A stretch of DNA of 64,000 nt, from contig BPDA01000003.1 of NCBI GenBank assembly GCA_019654055.1, forward strand, positions 161-64,160. Direction: 5' to 3'. Position numbers and translations under genes: made by a program. The notes beneath the pieces were generated by a model. It was not told where the DNA came from, searched no databases, and worked only from the letters and a program-made list of their open reading frames with translations. The DNA comes from Methanobacteriota archaeon. GTDB taxonomy: Archaea > Thermoplasmatota > Poseidoniia > Poseidoniales > Thalassarchaeaceae. How positions within the stretch are numbered: the stretch's first letter is position 1; every line of letters starts with the position of its first letter. Positions 10,053 through 17,800 of this stretch are shown piece after piece.

Positions 10053-11329
10053 TGTCCGAGGCGATTCGCCGCCTCGTTCAAGGCGTGGTTGACGGTTCGC
10101 TGTCCGATGACGAGTTGGCCGAGTGGCTGCGTGACGTATTCGACGAAGGGCTCTCCGAGCAGGATACGGTAACCCTGACTGAAGCGATGCGGGACTCGGG
10201 CGATGTCCTGGAATGGAGCTCCGATATCTCTGATCTAGTGGTCGACAAGCACTCCACAGGGGGAGTGGGTGACAAGGTGTCGCTGGTACTAGCCCCCGCC
10301 CTAGCATCGTGCGGTCTGAAGGTGCCTATGATCTCGGGCCGGGGGCTGGGCCATACCGGAGGAACACTGGACAAGCTGGAGAGCATCCCGGGGTTCAGCG
10401 TGGAAATGGGGATCAGCGGCATCCGCGAGCAGGTCGAGGGCATCGGCGTCGCCATGGTCGGCCAGAGCGACGCTCTAGTCCCTGCAGACCGTCGCATGTA
10501 CGCCATGCGCGACGTCACCGGGACGGTGGCGTCGATTCCCCTGATTACTTCCTCAATCGTATCCAAGAAGGCGGCTGAGGGGCTGTCTGCGCTGGTACTG
10601 GACGTCAAGTTCGGCCGGGCCGCCTTCATGCCCGAGCGCGAGCATGCCGAGGAATTGGCGCGCTCGCTCGTCGATGCCGCAAACGGCATGGGAATCGCGA
10701 CCACGGCGGTGCTGACTTCGATGGAGCAGCCCCTCGGCTGCGCCATAGGCAACTCGCTGGAGGTCCTCGAGAGCGTCGAGACGCTGTGCGGAAGGGGTCC
10801 CGAGGACCTCGAAGAGTTGGTCTGCGTGCAGGGCGGCCTACTTCTGCAAGCCACTGGGCTTGCAGCTGGCTTCGAGGCCGGGGCGGTGATGATTCACGAT
10901 AGTCTGCATGACGGTTCAGCATTCCAAAGGTTTCGCGAGATGGTGCAGGCCCAAGGGGGAGACGCCTCGGTCCTCGACAGCGACGCTTCGCTGACGCGGG
11001 GGCTGGGGCTGATGGGTCCGGAACTGAACACCACCGAGCTGTCATCTGGCTCGGCGGGTTGGGTTGAGGACATCGATGCCATGGCAATCGCCACGGCATG
11101 CTTGGGGCTCGGTGCTGGAAGGACCAGATTGGGAGACATAGTCGACCGTGCGGTGGGTGCCATCCTCGAGGTGCAGGTCGGGGACCGATTGGAGGTGGGG
11201 GAGCCATGGATGGTCCTCTACCACCGCGGTGAGATGGACAGGGGGGTCTTGGAGGGGCTTCTGGGTTCAATCACGCTCTCCGACGAAGAGGTAGTCCCCA
11301 AATCGAGGATAGCAGAGGTGTTTGAATGA
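10049..11329 (+). CDS. deoA: thymidine/pyrimidine-nucleoside phosphorylase
   Basis: 426 aa with family motifs DKHSTGGVGDKVSLVLAP and GRGLGHTGGTLDKLESIPGF. It lacks the N-terminal extension of archaeal AMP phosphorylase. The GTG start overlaps the upstream TGA (GTGATG). Confidence 0.85.
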   Translation: MMSEAIRRLVQGVVDGSLSDDELAEWLRDVFDEGLSEQDTVTLTEAMRDSGDVLEWSSDISDLVVDKHSTGGVGDKVSLVLAPALASCGLKVPMISGRGLGHTGGTLDKLESIPGFSVEMGISGIREQVEGIGVAMVGQSDALVPADRRMYAMRDVTGTVASIPLITSSIVSKKAAEGLSALVLDVKFGRAAFMPEREHAEELARSLVDAANGMGIATTAVLTSMEQPLGCAIGNSLEVLESVETLCGRGPEDLEELVCVQGGLLLQATGLAAGFEAGAVMIHDSLHDGSAFQRFREMVQAQGGDASVLDSDASLTRGLGLMGPELNTTELSSGSAGWVEDIDAMAIATACLGLGAGRTRLGDIVDRAVGAILEVQVGDRLEVGEPWMVLYHRGEMDRGVLEGLLGSITLSDEEVVPKSRIAEVFE

Positions 11330-12168
11330 GGTTCGGCCACATAGACCGGATTAGGGCCATCGCCGTGCTTTGCATGGTCGAGGTTCACACGGCTGCAATC
11401 ATCCCCCCGGAGGGCATCAGCGTAGGCCACCCTGCCGCCTTCGTCGCGGCTGCCTTCGGCGGCATGGCCGCTCCCATGTTCGTGACCATATCCGGCTGGG
11501 GCATCCACACCAGTGCCACTCGTAGGGCCGCAGACCCGAGCCATGACACTGGGATGTGGCTGCGATGGCTGACCCCGAGGGTCCTGCTGCTGGGCCTGTG
11601 CCAACTGCTAGTCAACCTGCTTCTCAACGTCGACAGGGGTGGTCGCTTCGAATGGCATACCCCCGGCGTCCTGACGCTGCTGGCCGTAGCCGCTCTGCTG
11701 GCACCAGTCCTGATACGACTGTCGATGCGCTCGCGCACGGGGCTGATGCTGCTGATGGTGGCTTCTCCTCTGGCTCTGGGGGACGCCTCGGGCACGGACT
11801 GGACGTGGTGGGAGAGGGTCGGTTCCCAAGGGGCCTCCGAATGGCTCGCGAGGCTGCTGTGGAACGGTACCTACCCTGCGGTGCCGTGGCTGGGCTTCGT
11901 CCTTCTGGGCTCCATCATCCACGACCTCGCCGACGAACCCTCTGCCAGAGAGCGTAACATCGCCCTCGGCCTAGTTGCCACCTCCGTCACCGCAGCAGTA
12001 GCGGCCTACGAAGGCATCCCGTGGGCCCTGACCGAGGGTGAGGCGGTGCTGACGTTCTTCCCTGCCAGCCCAGCCTTCCTTGTGGTATCGGGAACCTTCG
12101 TACTACTCGCCCACAGGGCGCTTGAGGGCTCGGAGTCCAGAGGCGGGGAGCCAGGGGGGAGGAGATAG
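11326..12168 (+). CDS. DUF1624/heparan-alpha-glucosaminide N-acetyltransferase-like membrane acyltransferase, interrupted by in-frame TAG
   Basis: The N-terminal IDRIRAIAVLCMVEVH is typical of DUF1624, and the protein has multiple TM segments. The ORF ends at TAG 12166-12168, but the family-typical C-terminus continues in the same frame. Confidence 0.6.
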   Translation: MRFGHIDRIRAIAVLCMVEVHTAAIIPPEGISVGHPAAFVAAAFGGMAAPMFVTISGWGIHTSATRRAADPSHDTGMWLRWLTPRVLLLGLCQLLVNLLLNVDRGGRFEWHTPGVLTLLAVAALLAPVLIRLSMRSRTGLMLLMVASPLALGDASGTDWTWWERVGSQGASEWLARLLWNGTYPAVPWLGFVLLGSIIHDLADEPSARERNIALGLVATSVTAAVAAYEGIPWALTEGEAVLTFFPASPAFLVVSGTFVLLAHRALEGSESRGGEPGGRR

Positions 12169-12396
12169 CTGGAGTTTCTCGAGCCGGCAGGTCGAATCAC
12201 GCTCACGATCTACGTCGCTCACTTCGCCGTCCTCGGAGCGGTTGCGTCGGCGATGCAGGGCGAACCTCGGCTGGAGCTCGTCCCGGCTTTCGCTGCGACC
12301 ATCGCCCACACCCTGATCTGGATTCCCCTAGCGGTCTGGCACCAGAAGCACATCCCCGAAGTCTCGTTGGAGTCCATGTTGAGGAGACTCAGTTAG
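12169..12396 (+). other. in-frame continuation of the DUF1624 gene after the TAG codon
   Basis: My translation in the same frame gives LEFLEPAGRITLTIYVAHFAVLGAVASAMQGEPRLELVPAFAATIAHTLIWIPLAVWHQKHIPEVSLESMLRRLS, then TAG at 12394-12396. It is hydrophobic and family-like (G-R-x-x-L-x-I-Y-x-x-H) and has no start codon of its own. Confidence 0.55.
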
Positions 12397-15262
12397 GCGT
12401 CACCGAAATCGGACCGAACCACACCTCGCCCTCTTCGTTGGACGCCATTATGCGGACGTAGTGGGTGCCGCCATCGCTTGTGAAGCTAATCTCGGCCGCA
12501 CCGGAACCGACCTGTGGCGTACCCACGCTGACGCTGTATGGCCAGAGCTGGGAGTTGTTGCCCATGTCGGTCTGACCGTAGTAGACAGTAAGGGATGTGT
12601 TCGTACCGTTGTCATAGACATCCCAAGTGACATCCGCGGTGCTGCTGGTGATGTTGGCAGTGCTCAGGTTCCTGAGAATAGCGTCGTAGGCGTGGTACTC
12701 TCCGCGTAACGGGTCTTCGACCCAGACAGGGAGGTGCTCGAGCGCATCGAAGGTGGCTTGGGTGAGTGGGAAGCCCCATGCCGCGTGATAGGGGGCTAGG
12801 TTGTACCCCGTGGCGTTCGAGACATGCAGCACCCATGCGTTGAACTCCTCTGTGTCGCCTACTGGCACTTCGGCGGAGGGCAAGGTGTAGTAGACACTGA
12901 GTGCCTCCGTAATTGGATCCCATCCCCACTCCTCCTTGATGATCAGATACGTGTCGAGTGCTATCCAAACGGACCAATTGGAGATGTTGGAGCCGTCGTC
13001 GAAGTAAGCGCGCATACGTGATGCTCGCTGTACTGGGTCGACCGCCCCGTGACCCTCGACCCCGACCAGGTCTTCCATCAGGTAGACGCTGGCGAAGTTG
13101 CATCCCGTCTCGGTAGTACCGGGCAGTGTGGAAGGCATCCACTGGTGGTTGTGGCCGAGCTCGTGGAACATGCCCCAATCGCCGTTCTCGGACATGTATG
13201 AGACATTGACCACTCCGGCGACGCTCAGGTCGTGCGCCATGAACGGATATCCGGAGTGCATCCAGCCAGCAGATATCTGTGCATCGAAGACTGCCCTCTC
13301 TACCCTCGGCCACGGCGTGTAGCCGTAGAGTTCATGCTCCATCCCTAGAGCCTGATCCCACCAGTCCATCAGGTCCTGGGGGTTGTCTAGGTCCCTAATC
13401 TCGTGGCTCGGGACAGTCAGAATGAACTGGTCGCTGCCAATCTCTGCCCACGGCGCCGGGTCGTGACGGTACTGCTGCAGCCACTGGAACACATCGGTCT
13501 CGCCGTGTATGTACCTCGGGGCCTTGACCGCGTTAGAGACGGTGATGTCGAAGTCACCCAGGATGGAACCAGCTTGGATGCCGATGTATATCGGGCCGCC
13601 GAAGGCGTTGCCGACCTCCATAGTGTCCTCGTCGACGTACCACCACCTGACAATCTGCGGATGCCGGTGGAGCTGGCTCTTGCCCCAAAGGCTGTCGCTG
13701 TGGGCACCAACCAGGACGTACGTGCCGGAGTCAACTACCTCGGCAGGCAGGGTCACGGTCACGACCTCGCCTGGGGCAGCATATAGGCCGGTGGTCATCC
13801 TGACGTGGGATCTGGCCTGAGAATATCCAAAATTGCTTGGAAGCCCACTCTGGTTGCCATCTATAGACATGGTCCGGGATATCCTAGTGGCGTTGGCGGG
13901 GACCTCCCCGGGGAACTCGACATGACTCGGGTGAACGGGTAGCTCGCTGGCGGCTAGGCCCTGTGTCAGGGCGGCCTCCACCCTAAGGAGCGTGTCTGCG
14001 ACCGGGTCCTCTCCGAGGTTGTGCCCAACATTCTGCCACAGGGTGCCATACTGGATTACCGTCCATCCCGTTACGTTGACTGTCTCCCTAAGTGGCCCCC
14101 AAAAGCCATCGAAGTCCAGAGCCACGACACCTGTGCACGATGACAGGGTGGCGTCGGCGATTGCCGCATCTTCGACCGAGAGGGTCTGATTGTCGATCCT
14201 GTCAGCTCGGATCGCCTCTATCGCGGCCTGCGGTCGAGTCAGTTCGTGAGGTACCACTCTGAAGTCGACGGTGTTGTACCCCCATGCATGTGACACGAAC
14301 AGCCCGGTGGTCTTGGCTATCTTGTTGCCGGGGTAGTTGTGCGAAACGTCGCTGTTGGAATATGACCAATACCATGCGTGACCCCCCATGATGAGGCCGC
14401 CGCCATCCAGCATGAAATCGATCAGGTTCAGATTGTCTTGGTCGTCATGGCCATTCCAGAACTCGTCTAGCAGGCAGTCTATCCCCGAGAGGTCCGCAGG
14501 AGTGACCGATAGGTGTACCGTGTGCCCTTCGCCCTGCAGCTCGTCCTCAAAGTCATCATAGCCCGCTCCATAGGCGAGCCCCACGTCCGCGTTCTCGCCG
14601 CAGACCCACTCGACTGCGCGCAAGGAGAACTCGGTCTCCTTGACGCCAGCGCCGTCGACCCAGCTCTCGTGGCCGTACCCGAGCATCTTGCCCCTACCTA
14701 CATGGCTGCCGGAGATTACTGGAATGGTTGAGCCGTAGCCCTCCTCGGCGAAGCCGACCGGGAATGCCCACTGCCCGATTGGCAGAACCGGAGAGGGCCA
14801 GCCACCCCAGTTCGTCTGCCCCATTCCTCTCAGCAGGTCGGACTGGTCGGCTGCGAGGTCGTGCACCGCTATCCACAGGTTCAGCCCTGCCGCCCCTCCG
14901 GTGTTGTTAGCCCAAATCGTGTACTCTATCCACCCGGTACGCTCGTCGGGGGTGCCAGTAATGCTGCCGTTGGATAGTAGGATTAGTCCGGAGGGCAATG
15001 CGGGGCTGACCTCCCAGGTGTCAATGTCAGGTCCGTCGTTGGTGGCCGGGATGAGGATGCTCTCGTTGGCCTCCAGCGCAAACTCCAATCCGGGCCATGA
15101 GATAGCATCAGGGGGCAGGCTGGTAATCCTGAACTGTAGCGTCGTGGAGGCGGGGCCGCCGGAGTTGTTGGCCCAGACGGTGTGATGAGTCCATGGCTGC
15201 AGCAGCGTTGCAGTGCCACTGACCTGCCCGGTGTAGTGGTCGAACGCGAAACCCGAGGGCAA
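12389..15262 (-). CDS. M60-like (enhancin-like) zinc metallopeptidase with He_PIG Ig-like repeats and C-terminal FN3-like domain; C-terminal fragment of a split gene
   Basis: HExxH in MFHELGHNHQW within an M60-like context. Ig-like repeats LPSGFAFDHYTGQVSGT and LPSGLILLSNGSITGTP. FN3-like tail (ADVTWDVYDNGTNTSLTVYYG). The listed TTG start lies inside a repeat and has no signal peptide. The frame is open upstream to about 15366. Confidence 0.75.
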   Translation of the reverse strand: MPSGFAFDHYTGQVSGTATLLQPWTHHTVWANNSGGPASTTLQFRITSLPPDAISWPGLEFALEANESILIPATNDGPDIDTWEVSPALPSGLILLSNGSITGTPDERTGWIEYTIWANNTGGAAGLNLWIAVHDLAADQSDLLRGMGQTNWGGWPSPVLPIGQWAFPVGFAEEGYGSTIPVISGSHVGRGKMLGYGHESWVDGAGVKETEFSLRAVEWVCGENADVGLAYGAGYDDFEDELQGEGHTVHLSVTPADLSGIDCLLDEFWNGHDDQDNLNLIDFMLDGGGLIMGGHAWYWSYSNSDVSHNYPGNKIAKTTGLFVSHAWGYNTVDFRVVPHELTRPQAAIEAIRADRIDNQTLSVEDAAIADATLSSCTGVVALDFDGFWGPLRETVNVTGWTVIQYGTLWQNVGHNLGEDPVADTLLRVEAALTQGLAASELPVHPSHVEFPGEVPANATRISRTMSIDGNQSGLPSNFGYSQARSHVRMTTGLYAAPGEVVTVTLPAEVVDSGTYVLVGAHSDSLWGKSQLHRHPQIVRWWYVDEDTMEVGNAFGGPIYIGIQAGSILGDFDITVSNAVKAPRYIHGETDVFQWLQQYRHDPAPWAEIGSDQFILTVPSHEIRDLDNPQDLMDWWDQALGMEHELYGYTPWPRVERAVFDAQISAGWMHSGYPFMAHDLSVAGVVNVSYMSENGDWGMFHELGHNHQWMPSTLPGTTETGCNFASVYLMEDLVGVEGHGAVDPVQRASRMRAYFDDGSNISNWSVWIALDTYLIIKEEWGWDPITEALSVYYTLPSAEVPVGDTEEFNAWVLHVSNATGYNLAPYHAAWGFPLTQATFDALEHLPVWVEDPLRGEYHAYDAILRNLSTANITSSTADVTWDVYDNGTNTSLTVYYGQTDMGNNSQLWPYSVSVGTPQVGSGAAEISFTSDGGTHYVRIMASNEEGEVWFGPISVTPN

Positions 15263-15366
15263 CGGAGGGTCGACCTCCCAAGTGTCAGGATTCCCTCCCT
15301 GCCAGCTCGGCGTGACCTGCCCGATGTCATCGCCCTGCCTGAGGTCGAACTGGTAGGGCTCGTAGG

Positions 15367-16383
15367 CTAGGTCTCGGTAGGGATGTCCCTGACGTCGATG
15401 ATGATGGTCGAGGACAGTGAGCCTCCAGTGTTTTGGACCGTGATTACGTACTCCCTCAGAGGGTGGACCGAAACCGGGGTACCTCGCAGAGAGCCATCGT
15501 ACTGGTGCAGAGTCATGCCATCAGGTAGCGGGGGTTCGATTGCCCATTCGGTCGCCTCGCCGCCCTCGTAGGATGGTATCACTTGGACAGTCTGGCCTAT
15601 GGTCCAGTAGAACGGGTGCCCGGGGTACGACAGAGCCGTGGGCTGCTCGTGCAGGGTGATAATCCTAATCGGGGCTTCGACTGAGCCGCCCGAGTTGGAG
15701 GCGGTGATGGTGTGGTTGGTGTCTCCGAGAGAGCGTGCTATCCCGGTTATCGAGCCGTCATCCAGAATCGCCAGCCCCTCAGGCAAGGAGGGGCTGACTG
15801 ACCAAGAGTCCGCCGAGCCCCCCATCACCAGGGGCTGCCCCATGGAGCACTCTTGCCACAGAGTGCACGACAGCATATCCGAGAGGTAGTGAATCGAGTC
15901 CGGTGCTGCAGCCACCACGGTGATGTCGATGGTGGTGGCCGTGGAGCCCACGGAGTTGGTCCCGATGATTGTGTGGCGAGTCTCCTCCGCCTCCTCCTCG
16001 GGAATCCCACTGATGACACCTGAGGCACCATCTAGGGACAGTCCGTCAGGTAGCCGGGGATTGACGAACCAGTTCTGCGGCCCGTCACCGAGGAAGCTCG
16101 GGGTCAGGGCCTGCATCTCGACCCCGTGGACCAGAAGTATGGAGCTCTCTCCGTAGGTCAGGGAACTCGGCTGCTGCATCAGCCTGCAGGCATCCCCGGT
16201 GAAGACTTGGTGCGACATGCAGTCGTCCTCGGTGATGACGTGGACGAAGCAGTCAGGATGGGATGGCTCAGCCACGCAGTCGACCTCTTCCGCGGGCTCT
16301 CCCTCCCCTCCAAACAGCCCGAGACATCCCGAGCTTAGCATCAGGATCGAGAGGACGAGGGCGGCGTTGCGCTTGGGCTGCAC
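15367..16383 (-). CDS. lipoprotein-signal plus three He_PIG Ig-like repeats; N-terminal fragment of the M60-like peptidase gene
   Basis: Signal/lipobox MQPKRNAALVLSILMLSSGC. Repeats LPDGLSLDGASGVISGIP, LPEGLAILDDGSITGIA and LPDGMTLHQYDGSLRGTP. The ORF ends mid-repeat at a TAG, and the repeat continues in the -1 frame. Confidence 0.7.
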   Translation of the reverse strand: MQPKRNAALVLSILMLSSGCLGLFGGEGEPAEEVDCVAEPSHPDCFVHVITEDDCMSHQVFTGDACRLMQQPSSLTYGESSILLVHGVEMQALTPSFLGDGPQNWFVNPRLPDGLSLDGASGVISGIPEEEAEETRHTIIGTNSVGSTATTIDITVVAAAPDSIHYLSDMLSCTLWQECSMGQPLVMGGSADSWSVSPSLPEGLAILDDGSITGIARSLGDTNHTITASNSGGSVEAPIRIITLHEQPTALSYPGHPFYWTIGQTVQVIPSYEGGEATEWAIEPPLPDGMTLHQYDGSLRGTPVSVHPLREYVITVQNTGGSLSSTIIIDVRDIPTET

Positions 16384-16449
16384 GGACCCGATTGAGCGGC
16401 CCCTGCCGAAAAAGTGTGCGTAGGCCGTGCTCCCCTGTAGGGAGCACGT

Positions 16450-17730
16450 TCACGCGAGACCCGGGTATGCCGGTCCGGGCTCGAAGCAGTAGTGCACGGT
16501 CTGGAAGCCCGACTTGAACTCGGTGACGTCCGTGCGGACCGCCTTGGGATCTTCTTGCGAGAGCAGCGCCCTCGCGAAGAAGCGTGCCACGTCCTGCATC
16601 TCATCGGGTCTCATGCCGACCCTAGTCAGCTCGGGAACCCCTAGCCTGAGCCCGCTGGGGGACATCGCCTTGGTATCGCCTGGAAGCATGTTCATGTTGG
16701 TGATGATGCCGGCCTCCTCAAGCAGCGCGGCTGCATCCCTTCCAGCCCCGGAGTCGGCCTCGCCATGGCGGGTGAGGACCTGATGGCTGGCAGTGTAGTC
16801 GCGCTCCTCGGCCATCACCTCGAAGCCTTCTGCCGCGAGCGCGGCGCCGAGCGCCCTAGCGTTGGCGACGATGTCCTTGGCGTAATCGGAACCGAACTCC
16901 TCGAACTCGGCCAGCGCGACCGCTTTTCCGGCCACGTGGTGGAGGTGGTAGGAGGAGCAAACGCCGGGGAAGATCGCGCTGTTCAGGCGGCGTTGGAACT
17001 TGGGGTCATCGGAGTCTGAGAGGAGGAAGCCCCCTTGCGGGCCGGGGAACGTCTTGTGACTGCTACCTGTCATCACGTCGGCACCCTCTCGCAGAGGGTC
17101 CTGGAACTGGCCTCCGGCAATCAGCCCGAGGACGTGTGCGGCGTCGTACATCACCTTGGCACCGACCTCGTGGGCCGCGTCGGCCAGCTCCTCCAGAGGG
17201 GTCGGGAACAGGAAGACCGATTGGCCGAACAGAGCCATGTTGGGCTCGGTCTCCCTGATTAGGGCCGCTGCTGCATCGATGTCGGGCTCCATGCGACTCT
17301 CGACCCAAGGATATGTCACGAGATTCAACCCCCTCAACCCCACAGCGCCCATACGGGCGTGGGAGATGTGCCCTCCGTCAGCGGTGGAAACCGCGGTGAT
17401 GGTGTCCCCCGGCTTCGCTAGGGCCTTGAGGCCAGCCATGTTGGAGACGGTCCCCGAGGTGGATTGGATGTTGGCGAAACTGCAACCGAAGACGCGCTGT
17501 GCCGAGGCGATGCCAATCTCCTCGATGGTGTCGAAGTCGTCGCAACCCTGGTAGTACCGCTTGCCCGGCAGGCCCTCAGCGTACCTGCCATGCAGGTCCG
17601 AGTCGCAGGCCCTGCGAACCAGTGGGCTGAGGATGTTCTCGCTGGCTATCATCGGCAGGCTGTCGCGGTAGTGCCTGCCGGACTCGTCGACGGCACCCAG
17701 AATCCTCGACGTTGCCTCGCGAGCGCTCAT
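16450..17730 (-). CDS. glyA: serine hydroxymethyltransferase
   Basis: 426 aa with SHMT motifs LPMIASENILSP, GLPGKRYYQGC and TGSSHKTFPGPQGG. Confidence 0.95.
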   Translation of the reverse strand: MSAREATSRILGAVDESGRHYRDSLPMIASENILSPLVRRACDSDLHGRYAEGLPGKRYYQGCDDFDTIEEIGIASAQRVFGCSFANIQSTSGTVSNMAGLKALAKPGDTITAVSTADGGHISHARMGAVGLRGLNLVTYPWVESRMEPDIDAAAALIRETEPNMALFGQSVFLFPTPLEELADAAHEVGAKVMYDAAHVLGLIAGGQFQDPLREGADVMTGSSHKTFPGPQGGFLLSDSDDPKFQRRLNSAIFPGVCSSYHLHHVAGKAVALAEFEEFGSDYAKDIVANARALGAALAAEGFEVMAEERDYTASHQVLTRHGEADSGAGRDAAALLEEAGIITNMNMLPGDTKAMSPSGLRLGVPELTRVGMRPDEMQDVARFFARALLSQEDPKAVRTDVTEFKSGFQTVHYCFEPGPAYPGLA

Positions 17731-17800
17731 GCGCCATGCATCGAGAGTAGGTCAAAGAGGTTAGCGGAAGGGCGTCTGACCCCCTGCATTCAGACCCATC

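Noticed and set aside
12166-12168. TAG decoded as pyrrolysine in the DUF1624 gene.
   Set aside because: No pyl genes or methylamine methyltransferase context are in the window. TAG is also used as an ordinary stop by neighbouring genes, for example at 12394-12396 and in the 15367..16383 fragment. An error or nonsense mutation is simpler.
15360-15380. Programmed -1/+1 ribosomal frameshifting at the five split genes.
   Set aside because: No slippery heptamer or downstream structure is evident. The sites share only a short G/C homopolymer, and one affected gene is plain housekeeping (gcvT). Sequencing indels explain all of them.
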